From Auanema rhodensis (taxonomy: Eukaryota > Animalia > Nematoda), in the NCBI GenBank assembly GCA_964057225.1, contig CAXKVF010000081.1, positions 248,001 through 312,000 of the forward strand: 64,000 bases of DNA. The letters run 5' to 3'. The notes under the pieces were generated by a model. That model was not told the origin of the DNA. It did no database searches and saw nothing but the letters and a program-made list of their open reading frames with translations. This document shows, piece after piece, positions 25,701 to 42,000 of the stretch. The position numbers and the translations under genes are program-made. Numbering within the stretch: position 1 is the first letter of the stretch; every line of letters begins with the position of its first letter.

Positions 25701-28700
25701 AAATTTGTTTTTAGGCTAATATGGACATGGGGAATCAAATTTTGAAAACCGCATCTCTTTATCTTTCACGTGAAGCGAGTTACATAACAAGTGCACATCA
25801 CGTGTACATTTAATTAGCATAAATTAAAGTTCACGTAAATTTCAAAGTCATGGTTACCATGCACCAATATCAATAAAAAATTGTTTTTAGACTAATATGG
25901 ACATGGGGAACCTAATTTTGAAAACCGCATCTCTTTATCTTTCACGTGAAGCGAGTTACATACCAAGTGCACATCACGTGTACATTTAATTAGCATAAAT
26001 TAAAGTTCACGTAAATTTCAAAGTCATGGTTACCATGAACCAATATCAATGAAAATTTGTTTTTAGGCTAATATGGACATGGGGAATCAAATTTTGAAAA
26101 CCGCATCTCTTTATCTTTCACGTGAAGCGATTTACATAACAAGTGCACATCACGTGTACATTTAATTAGCATAAATTAAAGTTCACGTAAATTTCAAAGT
26201 CATGGTTACCATGCACCAATATCAATAAAAAATTGTTTTTAGACTAATATGGACATGGGGAATCTAATTTTGAAAACCGCATCTCTTTATCTTTCACGTG
26301 AAGCGAGTTACATACCAAGTGCACATCACGTGTACATTTAATTAGCATAAATTAAAGTTCACGTAAATTTCAAAGTCATGGTTACCATGCACCAATATCA
26401 ATAAAAATTTGTTTTTAGACTAATATGGACATGGGGAATCTTATTTTGAAAACCGCATCTCTTTATCTTTCACGTGAAGCGAGTTACATACCAAGTGCAC
26501 ATCACGTGTACATTTAATTAGCATAAATTAAAGTTCACGTAAATTTCAAAGTCATGGTTACCATGCACCAATATCAATAAAAATTTGTTTTTAGACTAAT
26601 ATGGACATGGGGAATCTTATTTTGAAAACCGCATCTCTTTATCTTTCACGTGAAGCGAGTTACATAACAAGTGCACATCACGTGTACATTTAATTAGCAT
26701 AAATTAAAGTTCACGTAAATTTCAAAGTCATGGTTACCATGCACCAATATCAATAAAAAATTGTTTTTAGACTAATATGGACATGGGGAATCTAATTTTG
26801 AAAACCGCATCTCTTTATCTTTCACGTGAAGCGAGTTACATACCAAGTGCACATCACGTGTACATTTAATTAGCATAAATTAAAGTTCACGTAAATTTCA
26901 AAGTCATGGTTACCATGCACCAATATCAATAAAAATTTGTTTTTAGACTAATATGGACATGGGGAATCTTATTTTGAAAACCGCATCTCTTTATCTTTCA
27001 CGTGAAGCGAGTTACATACCAAGTGCACATCACGTGTACATTTAATTAGCATAAATTAAAGTTCACGTAAATTTCAAAGTCATGGTTACCATGCACCAAT
27101 ATCAATAAAAATTTGTTTTTAGACTAATATGGACATGGGGAATCTAATTTTGAAAACCGCATCTCTTTATCTTTCACGTGAAGCGAGTTACATACCAAGT
27201 GCACATCACGTGTACATTTAATTAGCATAAATTAAAGTTCACGTAAATTTCAAAGTCATGGTTACCATGCACCAATATCAATAAAAATTTGTTTTTAGAC
27301 TAATATGGAGATGAGGAATCTAATTTTGAAAACCGCATCTCTTTATCTTTCACGTGAAGCGAGTTACATACCAAGTGCACATCACGTGTACATTTAATTA
27401 GCATAAATTAAAGTTCACGTAAATTTCAAAGTCATGGTTACCATGCACCAATATCAATAAAAATTTGTTTTTAGACTAATATGGAGATGAGGAATCTAAT
27501 TTTGAAAACCGCATCTCTTTATCTTTCACGTGAAGCGAGTTACATACCAAGTGCACATCACGTGTACATTTAATTAGCATAAATTAAAGTTCACGTAAAT
27601 TTCAAAGTCATGGTTACCATGCACCAATATCAATAAAAATTTGTTTTTAGACTAATATGGACATGGGGAATCTAATTTTGAAAACCGCATCTCTTTATCT
27701 TTCACGTGAAGCGAGTTACATACCAAGTGCACATCACGTGTACATTTAATTAGCATAAATTAAAGTTCACGTAAACTTCAAAGTCATGGTTACCATGCAC
27801 CAATATCAATAAAAATTTGTTTTTAGACTAATATGGACATGGGGAATCTTATTTTGAAAACCGCATCTCTTTATCTTTCACGTGAAGCGAGTTACATACC
27901 AAGTGCACATCACGTGTACATTTAATTAGCATAAATTAAAGTTCACGTAAATTTCAAAGTCATGGTTACCATGCACCAATATCATAAAAAAATTGTTTTT
28001 AGACTAATATGGACATGGGGAATCTAATTTTGAAAACCGCATCTCTTTATCTTTCACGTGAAGCGAGTTACATACCAAGTGCACATCACGTGTACATTTA
28101 ATTAGCATAAATTAAAGTTCACGTAAATTTCAAAGTCATGGTTACCATGCACCAATATCAATAAAAATTTGTTTTTAGACTAATATGGACATGGGGAATC
28201 TTATTTTGAAAACCGCATATCTTTATCTTTCACGTGAAGCGAGTTACATACCAAGTGCACATCACGTGTACATTTAATTAGCATAAATTAAAGTTCACGT
28301 AAACTTCAAAGTCATGGTTACCATGCACCAATATCAATAAAAATTTGTTTTTAGACTAATATGGACATGGGGAATCTTATTTTGAAAACCGCATCTCTTT
28401 ATCTTTCACGTGAAGCGAGTTACATACCAAGTGCACATCACGTGTACATTTAATTAGCATAAATTAAAGTTCACGTAAATTTCAAAGTCATGGTTACCAT
28501 GCACCAATATCAATAAAAATTTGTTTTTAGACTAATATGGACATGGGGAATCTAATTTTGAAAACCGCATCTCTTTATCTTTCACGTGAAGCGAGTTACA
28601 TACCAAGTGCACATCACGTGTACATTTAATTAGCATAAATTAAAGTTCACGTAAATTTCAAAGTCATGGTTACCATGCACCAATATCAATAAAAATTTGT

Positions 28701-28864
28701 TTTTAGACTAATATGGACATGACGAATCTAATTTTGAAAACCGCATCTCTTTATCTTTCACGTGAAGCGAGTTACATACCAAGTGCACATCACGTGTACA
28801 TTTAATTAGCATAAATTAAAGTTCACGTAAATTTCAAAGTCATGGTTACCATGCACCAATATCA

Positions 28865-31800
28865 ATAAATATTTGTTTTTAGACTAATATGGACATGATG
28901 AATCTAATTTTGAAAACCGCATCTCTTTATCTTTCACGTGAAGCGAGTTACATACCAAGTGCACATCACGTGTACATTTAATTAGCATAAATTAAAGTTC
29001 ACGTAAATTTCAAAGTCATGGTTACCATGAACCAATATCAATAAAAATTTGTTTTTAGACTAATATGGACATGGGGAATCTAATTTTGAAAACCGCATCT
29101 CTTTATCTTTCACGTGAAGCGAGTTACATACCAAGTGCACATCACGTGTACATTTAATTAGCATAAATTAAAGTTCACGTAAATTTCAAAGACATGGTTA
29201 CCATGAACCAATATCAATGAAAATTTGTTTTTAGACTAATATGGACATGGGAAATCTAATTTTGGAAACCGCATCTCTTTATCTTTCACGTGAAGCGAGT
29301 TACATACCAAGTGCACATCACGTGTACATTTAATTAGCATAAATTAAAGTTCACGTAAATTTCAAAGTCATGGTTACCATGCACCAATATCAATAAAAAT
29401 TTGTTTTTAGACTAATATGCACATGGGGAATCTAATTTTGAAAACCGCATCTCTTTATCTTTCACGTGAAGCGAGTTACATACCAAGTGCACATCACGTG
29501 TACATTTAATTAGCATAAATTAAAGTTCACGTAAATTTCAAAGTCATGGTTACCATGCACCAATATCAATAAAAATTTGTTTTTAGACTAATATGGACAT
29601 GGGGAATCTAATTTTGAAAACCGCATCTCTTTATCTTTCACGTGAAGCGAGTTACATACCAAGTGCACATCACGTGTACATTTAATTAGCATAAATTAAA
29701 GTTCACGTAAATTTCAAAGTCATGGTTACCATGAACCAATATCAATGAAAATTTGTTTTTAGACTAATATGGACATGGGGAATCAAATTTTGAAAACCGC
29801 ATCTCTTTATCTTTCACGTGAAGCGAGTTACATACCAAGTGCACATCACGTGTACATTTAATTAGCATAAATTAAAGTTCACGTAAATTTCAAAGTCATG
29901 GTTACCATGCACCAATATCAATAAAAAATTGTTTTTAGACTAATATGGACATGGGGAATCTAATTTTGAAAACCGCATCTCTTTATCTCACGTGAAGCGA
30001 GTTACATACCAAGTGCACATCACGTGTACATTTAATTAGCATAAATTAAAGTTCACGTAAATTTCAAAGTCATGGTTACCATGCACCAATATCAATAAAA
30101 ATTTGTTTTTAGACTAATATGCACATGGGGAATCTAATTTTGAAAACCGCATCTCTTTATCTTTCACGTGAAGCGAGTTACATACCAAGTGCACATCACG
30201 TGTACATTTAATTAGCATAAATTAAAGTTCACGTAAATTTCAAAGTCATGGTTACCATGCACCAATATCAATAAAAATTTGTTTTTAGACTAATATGGAC
30301 ATGGGGAATCTAATTTTGAAAACCGCATCTCTTTATCTTTCACGTGAAGCGAGTTACATACCAAGTGCACATCACGTGTACATTTAATTAGCATAAATTA
30401 AAGTTCACGTAAATTTCAAAGTCATGGTTACCATGAACCAATATCAATGAAAATTTGTTTTTAGACTAATATGGACATGGGGAATCAAATTTTGAAAACC
30501 GCATCTCTTTATCTTTCACGTGAAGCGAGTTACATACCAAGTGCACATCACGTGTACATTTAATTAGCATAAATTAAAGTTCACGTAAATTTCAAAGTCA
30601 TGGTTACCATGCACCAATATCAATAAATATTTGTTTTTAGACTAATATGGACATGATGAATCTAATTTTGAAAACCGCATCTCTTTATCTTTCACGTGAA
30701 GCGAGTTACATACCAAGTGCACATCACGTGTACATTTAATTAGCATAAATTAAAGTTCACGTAAATTTCAAAGTCATGGTTACCATGAACCAATATCAAT
30801 GAAAATTTGTTTTTAGACTAATATGGACATGGGGAATCTAATTTTGAAAACCGCATCTCTTTATCTTTCACGTGAAGCGAGTTACATACCAAGTGCACAT
30901 CACGTGTACATTTAATTAGCATAAATTAAAGTTCACGTAAATTTCAAAGACATGGTTACCATGAACCAATATCAATAAATATTTGTTTTTAGACTAATAT
31001 GGACATGATGAATCTAATTTTGAAAACCGCATCTCTTTATCTTTCACGTGAAGCGAGTTACATACCAAGTGCACATCACGTGTACATTTAATTAGCATAA
31101 ATTAAAGTTCACGTAAATTTCAAAGTCATGGTTACCATGAACCAATATCAATAAAAATTTGTTTTTAGACTAATATGGACATGGGGAATCTAATTTTGAA
31201 AACCGCATCTCTTTATCTTTCACGTGAAGCGAGTTACATACCAAGTGCACATCACGTGTACATTTAATTAGCATAAATTAAAGTTCACGTAAATTTCAAA
31301 GACATGGTTACCATGAACCAATATCAATGAAAATTTGTTTTTAGACTAATATGGACATGGGAAATCTAATTTTGGAAACCGCATCTCTTTATCTTTCACG
31401 TGAAGCGAGTTACATACCAAGTGCACATCACGTGTACATTTAATTAGCATAAATTAAAGTTCACGTAAATTTCAAAGTCATGGTTACCATGCACCAATAT
31501 CAATAAAAATTTGTTTTTAGACTAATATGCACATGGGGAATCTAATTTTGAAAACCGCATCTCTTTATCTTTCACGTGAAGCGAGTTACATACCAAGTGC
31601 ACATCACGTGTACATTTAATTAGCATAAATTAAAGTTCACGTAAATTTCAAAGTCATGGTTACCATGCACCAATATCAATAAAAATTTGTTTTTAGACTA
31701 ATATGGACATGGGGAATCTAATTTTGAAAACCGCATCTCTTTATCTTTCACGTGAAGCGAGTTACATACCAAGTGCACATCACGTGTACATTTAATTAGC

Positions 31801-33084
31801 ATAAATTAAAGTTCACGTAAATTTCAAAGTCATGGTTACCATGAACCAATATCAATGAAAATTTGTTTTTAGACTAATATGGACATGGGGAATCAAATTT
31901 TGAAAACCGCATCTCTTTATCTTTCACGTGAAGCGAGTTACATACCAAGTGCACATCACGTGTACATTTAATTAGCATAAATTAAAGTTCACGTAAATTT
32001 CAAAGTCATGGTTACCATGCACCAATATCAATAAAAAATTGTTTTTAGACTAATATGGACATGGGGAATCTAATTTTGAAAACCGCATCTCTTTATCTCA
32101 CGTGAAGCGAGTTACATACCAAGTGCACATCACGTGTACATTTAATTAGCATAAATTAAAGTTCACGTAAATTTCAAAGTCATGGTTACCATGCACCAAT
32201 ATCAATAAAAATTTGTTTTTAGACTAATATGCACATGGGGAATCTAATTTTGAAAACCGCATCTCTTTATCTTTCACGTGAAGCGAGTTACATACCAAGT
32301 GCACATCACGTGTACATTTAATTAGCATAAATTAAAGTTCACGTAAATTTCAAAGTCATGGTTACCATGCACCAATATCAATAAAAATTTGTTTTTAGAC
32401 TAATATGGACATGGGGAATCTAATTTTGAAAACCGCATCTCTTTATCTTTCACGTGAAGCGAGTTACATACCAAGTGCACATCACGTGTACATTTAATTA
32501 GCATAAATTAAAGTTCACGTAAATTTCAAAGTCATGGTTACCATGAACCAATATCAATGAAAATTTGTTTTTAGACTAATATGGACATGGGGAATCAAAT
32601 TTTGAAAACCGCATCTCTTTATCTTTCACGTGAAGCGAGTTACATACCAAGTGCACATCACGTGTACATTTAATTAGCATAAATTAAAGTTCACGTAAAT
32701 TTCAAAGTCATGGTTACCATGCACCAATATCAATAAATATTTGTTTTTAGACTAATATGGACATGATGAATCTAATTTTGAAAACCGCATCTCTTTATCT
32801 TTCACGTGAAGCGAGTTACATACCAAGTGCACATCACGTGTACATTTAATTAGCATAAATTAAAGTTCACGTAAATTTCAAAGTCATGGTTACCATGAAC
32901 CAATATCAATGAAAATTTGTTTTTAGACTAATATGGACATGGGGAATCTAATTTTGAAAACCGCATCTCTTTATCTTTCACGTGAAGCGAGTTACATACC
33001 AAGTGCACATCACGTGTACATTTAATTAGCATAAATTAAAGTTCACGTAAATTTCAAAGACATGGTTACCATGAACCAATATCA
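28865..33084 (+). repeat. 12-monomer (2110-bp) tandem duplication carrying a shared 2-bp deletion (M165-176, M177-188)
   Basis: CTTTATCTCACGTG (TT lost) at 29981 and 32091, 2110 bp apart. The private G36A+A49G monomer is at 29217 and 31327, and all other variants match in order. Confidence 0.93.
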
Positions 33085-36000
33085 ATGAAAATTTGTTTTT
33101 AGACTAATATGGACATGGGGAATCTAATTTTGAAAACCGCATCTCTTTATCTTTCACGTGAAGCGAGTTACATACCAAGTGCACATCACGTGTACATTTA
33201 ATTAGCATAAATTAAAGTTCACGTAAATTTCAAAGTCATGGTTACCATGCACCAATATCAATAAAAAATTGTTTTTAGACTAATATGGACATGGGGAATC
33301 TTATTTTGAAAACCGCATCTCTTTATCTTTCACGTGAAGCGAGTTACATACCAAGTGCACATCACGTGTACATTTAATTAGCATAAATTAAAGTTCACGT
33401 AAATTTCAAAGTCATGGTTACCATGCACCAATATCAATAAAACTTTGTTTTTAGACTAATATGCACATGGGGAATCTAATTTTGAAAACCGCATCTCTTT
33501 ATCTTTCACGTGAAGCGAGTTACATACCAAGTGCACATCACGTGTACATTTAATTAGCATAAATTAAAGTTCACGTAAATTTCAAAGTCATGGTTACCAT
33601 GCACCAATATCAATAAAAATTTGTTTTTAGACTAATATGGACATGGGGAATCTAATTTTGAAAACCGCATCTCTTTATCTTTCACGTGAAGCGAGTTACA
33701 TACCAAGTGCACATCACGTGTACATTTAATTAGCATAAATTAAAGTTCACGTAAATTTCAAAGTCATGGTTACCATGAACCAATATCAATGAAAATTTGT
33801 TTTTAGACTAATATGGACATGGGGAATCAAATTTTGAAAACCGCATCTCTTTATCTTTCACGTGAAGCGAGTTACATACCAAGTGCACATCACGTGTACA
33901 TTTAATTAGCATAAATTAAAGTTCACGTAAATTTCAAAGTCATGGTTACCATGAACCAATATCAATGAAAATTTGTTTTTAGACTAATATGGACATGGGG
34001 AATCAAATTTTGAAAACCGCATCTCTTTATCTTTCACGTGAAGCGAGTTACATACCAAGTGCACATCACGTGTACATTTAATTAGCATAAATTAAAGTTC
34101 ACGTAAATTTCAAAGTCATGGTTACCATGCACCAATATCAATAAAAATTTGTTTTTAGACTAATATGGACATGGGGAATCTTATTTTGAAAACCGCATCT
34201 CTTTATCTTTCACGTGAAGCGAGTTACATACCAAGTGCACATCACGTGTACATTTAATTAGCATAAATTAAAGTTCACGTAAATTTCAAAGTCATGGTTA
34301 CCATGCACCAATATCAATAAAAATTTGTTTTTAGACTAATATGCACATGGGGAATCTAATTTTGAAAACCGCATCTCTTTATCTTTCACGTGAAGCGAGT
34401 TACATACCAAGTGCACATCACGTGTACATTTAATTAGCATAAATTAAAGTTCACGTAAATTTCAAAGTCATGGTTACCATGCACCAATATCAATAAAAAT
34501 TTGTTTTTAGACTAATATGGACATGAGGAATCTAATTTTGAAAACCGCATCTCTTTATCTTTCACGTGAAGCGAGTTACATACCAAGTGCACATCACGTG
34601 TACATTTAATAAGCATAAATTAAAGTTCACGTAAATTTCAAAGTCATGGTTACCATGCACCAATATCAATAAAAATTTGTTTTTAGACTAATATGGACAT
34701 GGGGAATCTCATTTTGAAAACCGCATCTCTTTATCTTTCACGTGAAGCGAGTTACATACCAAGTGCACATCACGTGTACATTTAATTAGCATAAATTAAA
34801 GTTCACGTAAATTTCAAAGTCATGGTTACCATGAACCAATATCAATGAAAATTTGTTTTTAGACTAATATGGACATGGGGAATCAAATTTTGAAAACCGC
34901 ATCTCTTTATCTTTCACGTGAAGCGAGTTACATACCAAGTGCACATCACGTGTACATTTAATTAGCATAAATTAAAGTTCACGTAAATTTCAAAGTCATG
35001 GTTACCATGCACCAATATCAATAAAAAATTGTTTTTAGACTAATATGGACATGGGGAATCTAATTTTGAAAACCGCATCTCTTTATCTTTCACGTGAAGC
35101 GAGTTACATAACAAGTGCACATCACGTGTACATTTAATTAGCATAAATTAAAGTTCACGTAAATTTCAAAGTCATGGTTACCATGAACCAATATCAATGA
35201 AAATTTGTTTTTAGGCTAATATGGACATGGGGAATCAAATTTTGAAAACCGCATCTCTTTATCTTTCACGTGAAGCGAGTTACATAACAAGTGCACATCA
35301 CGTGTACATTTAATTAGCATAAATTAAAGTTCACGTAAATTTCAAAGTCATGGTTACCATGCACCAATATCAATAAAAAATTGTTTTTAGACTAATATGG
35401 ACATGGGGAATCTTATTTTGAAAACCGCATCTCTTTATCTTTCACGTGAAGCGAGTTACATACCAAGTGCACATCACGTGTACATTTAATTAGCATAAAT
35501 TAAAGTTCACGTAAATTTCAAAGTCATGGTTACCATGCACCAATATCAATAAAAATTTGTTTTTAGACTAATATGCACATGGGGAATCTAATTTTGAAAA
35601 CCGCATCTCTTTATCTTTCACGTGAAGCGAGTTACATACCAAGTGCACATCACGTGTACATTTAATTAGCATAAATTAAAGTTCACGTAAATTTCAAAGT
35701 CATGGTTACCATGCACCAATATCAATAAAAATTTGTTTTTAGACTAATATGGACATGAGGAATCTAATTTTGAAAACCGCATCTCTTTATCTTTCACGTG
35801 AAGCGAGTTACATACCAAGTGCACATCACGTGTACATTTAATAAGCATAAATTAAAGTTCACGTAAATTTCAAAGTCATGGTTACCATGCACCAATATCA
35901 ATAAAAATTTGTTTTTAGACTAATATGGACATGGGGAATCTAATTTTGAAAACCGCATCTCTTTATCTTTCACGTGAAGCGAGTTACATACCAAGTGCAC

Positions 36001-39000
36001 ATCACGTGTACATTTAATTAGCATAAATTAAAGTTCACGTAAATTTCAAAGTCATGGTTACCATGAACCAATATCAATGAAAATTTGTTTTTAGACTAAT
36101 ATGGACATGGGGAATCTTATTTTGAAAACCGCATCTCTTTATCTTTCACGTGAAGCGAGTTACATACCAAGTGCACATCACGTGTACATTTAATTAGCAT
36201 AAATTAAAGTTCACGTAAATTTCAAAGTCATGGTTACCATGCACCAATATCAATAAAAATTTGTTTTTAGACTAATATGCACATGGGGAATCTAATTATG
36301 AAAACCGCATCTCTTTATCTTTCACGTGAAGCGAGTTACATACCAAGTGCACATCACGTGTACATTTAATTAGCATAAATTAAAGTTCACGTAAATTTCA
36401 AAGTCATGGTTACCATGAAGCAATATCAATAAAAATTTGTTTTTAGACTAATATGGACATGGGGAATCAAATTTTGAAAACCGCATCTCTTTATCTTTCA
36501 CGTGAAGCGAGTTACATACCAAGTGCACATCACGTGTACATTTAATTAGCATAAATTAAAGTTCACGTAAATTTCAAAGTCATGGTTACCATGCACCAAT
36601 ATCAATAAAAATTTGTTTTTAGACTAATATGGACATGGGGAATCTTATTTTGAAAACCGCATCTCTTTATCTTTCACGTGAAGCGAGTTACATACCAAGT
36701 GCACATCACGTGTACATTTAATTAGCATAAATTAAAGTTCACGTAAATTTCAAAGTCATGGTTACCATGCACCAATATCAATAAAAATTTGTTTTTAGAC
36801 TAATATGGACATGGGGAATCTAATTTTGAAAACCGCATCTCTTTATCTTTCACGTGAAGCGAGTTACATACCAAGTGCACATCACGTGTACATTTAATTA
36901 GCATAAATTAAAGTTCACGTAAACTTCAAAGTCATGGTTACCATGCACCAATATCAATAAAAATTTGTTTTTAGACTAATATGGACATGGGGAATCTTAT
37001 TTTGAAAACCGCATCTCTTTATCTTTCACGTGAAGCGAGTTACATACCAAGTGCACATCACGTGTACATTTAATTAGCATAAATTAAAGTTCACGTAAAT
37101 TTCAAAGTCATGGTTACCATGCACCAATATCATAAAAAAATTGTTTTTAGACTAATATGGACATGGGGAATCTAATTTTGAAAACCGCATCTCTTTATCT
37201 TTCACGTGAAGCGAGTTACATACCAAGTGCACATCACGTGTACATTTAATTAGCATAAATTAAAGTTCACGTAAATTTCAAAGTCATGGTTACCATGCAC
37301 CAATATCAATAAAAATTTGTTTTTAGACTAATATGGACATGGGGAATCTTATTTTGAAAACCGCATATCTTTATCTTTCACGTGAAGCGAGTTACATACC
37401 AAGTGCACATCACGTGTACATTTAATTAGCATAAATTAAAGTTCACGTAAACTTCAAAGTCATGGTTACCATGCACCAATATCAATAAATATTTGTTTTT
37501 AGACTAATATGGACATGATGAATCTAATTTTGAAAACCGCATCTCTTTATCTTTCACGTGAAGCGAGTTACATACCAAGTGCACATCACGTGTACATTTA
37601 ATTAGCATAAATTAAAGTTCACGTAAATTTCAAAGTCATGGTTACCATGCACCAATATCAATAAATATTTGTTTTTAGACTAATATGGACATGATGAATC
37701 TAATTTTGAAAACCGCATCTCTTTATCTTTCACGTGAAGCGAGTTACATACCAAGTGCACATCACGTGTACATTTAATTAGCATAAATTAAAGTTCACGT
37801 AAATTTCAAAGTCATGGTTACCATGAACCAATATCAATAAAAATTTGTTTTTAGACTAATATGGACATGGGGAATCTAATTTTGAAAACCGCATCTCTTT
37901 ATCTTTCACGTGAAGCGAGTTACATACCAAGTGCACATCACGTGTACATTTAATTAGCATAAATTAAAGTTCACGTAAATTTCAAAGACATGGTTACCAT
38001 GAACCAATATCAATGAAAATTTGTTTTCAGACTAATATGGACATGGGGAATCTAATTTTGAAAACCGCATCTCTTTATCTTTCACGTGAAGCGAGTTACA
38101 TACCAAGTGCACATCACGTGTACATTTAATTAGCATAAATTAAAGTTCACGTAAATTTCAAAGTCATGGTTACCATGCACCAATATCAATAAAAAATTGT
38201 TTTTAGACTAATATGGACATGGGGAATCTAATTTTGAAAACCGCATCTCTTTATCTTTCACGTGAAGCGAGTTACATACCAAGTGCACATCACGTGTACA
38301 TTTAATTAGCATAAATTAAAGTTCACGTTAATTTCAAAGTCATGGTTACCATGCACCAATATCAATAAAAATTTGTTTTTAGACTAATATGGACATGGGG
38401 AATCTTATTTTGAAAACCGCATCTCTTTATCTTTCACGTGAAGCGAGTTACATACCAAGTGCACATCACGTGTACATTTAATTAGCATAAATTAAAGTTC
38501 ACGTAAATTTCAAAGTCATGGTTACCATGCACCAATATCAATAAAAAATTGTTTTTAGACTAATATGGACATGGGGAATCTAATTTTGAAAACCGCATCT
38601 CTTTATCTTTCACGTGAAGCGAGTTACATACCAAGTGCACATCACGTGTACATTTAATTAGCATAAATTAAAGTTCACGTAAATTTCAAAGTCATGGTTA
38701 CCATGCACCAATATCAATAAAAATTTGTTTTAGACTAATATGGACATGGGGAATCTTATTTTGAAAACCGCATCTCTTTATCTTTCACGTGAAGCGAGTT
38801 ACATACCAAGTGCACATCACGTGTACATTTAATTAGCATAAATTAAAGTTCACGTAAATTTCAAAGTCATGGTTACCATGCACCAATATCAATAAAAATT
38901 TGTTTTTAGACTAATATGGACATGGGAAATCTTATTTTGAAAACCGCATCTCTTTATCTTTCACGTGAAGCGAGTTACATACCAAGTGCACATCACGTGT

Positions 39001-42000
39001 ACATTTAATTAGCATAAATTAAAGTTCACGTAAATTTCAAAGTCATGGTTACCATGCACCAATATCAATAAAAATTTGTTTTTAGACTAATATGCACATG
39101 GGGAATCTAATTTTGAAAACCGCATCTCTTTATCTTTCACGTGAAGCGAGTTACATACAAAGTGCACATCACGTGTACATTTAATTAGCATAAATTAAAG
39201 TTCACGTAAATTTCAAAGTCATGGTTACCATGCACCAATATCAATAAAAATTTGTTTTTAGACTAATATGGACATGGGGAATCTAATTTTGAAAACCGCA
39301 TCTCTTTATCTTTCACGTGAAGCGAGTTACATACCAAGTGCACATCACGTGTACATTTAATTAGCATAAATCAAAGTTCACGTAAATTTCAAAGTCATGG
39401 TTACCATGCACCAATATCAATAAAAAATTGTTTTTAGACTAATATGGACATGGGGAATCAAATTTTGAAAACCGCATCTCTTTATCTTTCACGTGAAGCG
39501 AGTTACATACCAAGTGCACATCACGTGTACATTTAATTAGCATAAATTAAAGTTCACGTAAATTTCAAAGTCATGGTTACCATGCACCAATATCAATAAA
39601 AAATTGTTTTTAGACTAATATGGACATGGGGAATCTAATTTTGAAAACCGCATCTCTTTATCTTTCACGTGAAGCGAGTTACATACCAAGTGCACATCAC
39701 GTGTACATTTAATTAGCATAAATTAAAGTTCACGTAAATTTCAAAGTCATGGTTACCATGAACCAATATCAATGAAAATTTGTTTTTAGACTAATATGGA
39801 CATGGGGAATCAAATTTTGAAAACCGCATCTCTTTATCTTTCACGTGAAGCGAGTTACATACCAAGTGCACATCACGTGTACATTTAATTAGCATAAATT
39901 AAAGTTCACGTAAATTTCAAAGTCATGGTTACCATGCACCAATATCAATAAAAAATTGTTTTTAGACTAATATGGACATGGGGAATCTAATTTTGAAAAC
40001 CGCATCTCTTTATCTTTCACGTGAAGCGAGTTACATACCAAGTGCACATCACGTGTACATTTAATTAGCATAAATTAAAGTTCACGTAAATTTCAAAGTC
40101 ATGGTTACCATGAACCAATATCAATGAAAATTTGTTTTTAGACTAATATGGACATGGGGAATCAAATTTTGAAAACCGCATCTCTTTATCTTTCACGTGA
40201 AGCGAGTTACATACCAAGTGCACATCACGTGTACATTTAATTAGCATAAATTAAAGTTCACGTAAATTTCAAAGTCATGGTTACCATGCACCAATATCAA
40301 TAAAAATTTGTTTTTAGACTAATATGGACATGGGGAATCTTATTTTGAAAACCGCATCTCTTTATCTTTCACGTGAAGCGAGTTACATACCAAGTGCACA
40401 TCACGTGTACATTTAATTAGCATAAATTAAAGTTCACGTAAATTTCAAAGTCATGGTTACCATGCACCAATATCAATAACAATTTGTTTTTAGACTAATA
40501 TGCACATGGGGAATCTAATTATGAAAACCGCATCTCTTTATCTTTCACGTGAAGCGAGTTACATACCAAGTGCACATCACGTGTACATTTAATTAGCATA
40601 AATTAAAGTTCACGTAAATTTCAAAGTCATGGTTACCATGCACCAATATCAATAAAAATTTGTTTTTAGACTAATATGGACATGATGAATCTAATTTTGA
40701 AAACCGCATCTCTTTATCTTTCACGTGAAGCGAGTTACATACCAAGTGCACATCACGTGTACATTTAATTAGCATAAATTAAAGTTCACGTAAATTTCAA
40801 AGTCATGGTTACCATGCACCAATATCAATAAATATTTGTTTTTAGACTAATATGGACATGATGAATCTAATTTTGAAAACCGCATCTCTTTATCTTTCAC
40901 GTGAAGCGAGTTACATACCAAGTGCACATCACGTGTACATTTAATTAGCATAAATTAAAGTTCACGTAAATTTCAAAGTCATGGTTACCATGAACCAATA
41001 TCAATGAAAATTTGTTTTTAGACTAATATGGACATGGGGAATCTAATTTTGAAAACCGCATCTCTTTATCTTTCACGTGAAGCGAGTTACATACCAAGTG
41101 CACATCACGTGTACATTTAATTAGCATAAATTAAAGTTCACGTAAATTTCAAAGACATGGTTACCATGAACCAATATCAATGAAAATTTGTTTTCAGACT
41201 AATATGGACATGGGGAATCTAATTTTGAAAACCGCATCTCTTTATCTTTCACATGAAGCGAGTTACATACCAAGTGCACATCACGTGTACATTTAATTAG
41301 CATAAATTAAAGTTCACGTAAATTTCAAAGTCATGGTTACCATGCACCAATATCAATAAAAAATTGTTTTTAGACTAATATGGACATGGGGAATCTAATT
41401 TTGAAAACCGCATCTCTTTATCTTTCACGTGAAGCGAGTTACATACCAAGTGCACATCACGTGTACATTTAATTAGCATAAATTAAAGTTCACGTTAATT
41501 TCAAAGTCATGGTTACCATGCACCAATATCAATAAAAATTTGTTTTTAGACTAATATGGACATGGGGAATCTTATTTTGAAAACCGCATCTCTTTATCTT
41601 TCACGTGAAGCGAGTTACATACCAAGTGCACATCACGTGTACATTTAATTAGCATAAATTAAAGTTCACGTAAATTTCAAAGTCATGGTTACCATGCACC
41701 AATATCAATAAAAAATTGTTTTTAGACTAATATGGACATGGGGAATCTAATTTTGAAAACCGCATCTCTTTATCTTTCACGTGAAGCGAGTTACATACCA
41801 AGTGCACATCACGTGTACATTTAATTAGCATAAATTAAAGTTCACGTAAATTTCAAAGTCATGGTTACCATGCACCAATATCAATAAAAATTTGTTTTAG
41901 ACTAATATGGACATGGGGAATCTTATTTTGAAAACCGCATCTCTTTATCTTTCACGTGAAGCGAGTTACATACCAAGTGCACATCACGTGTACATTTAAT

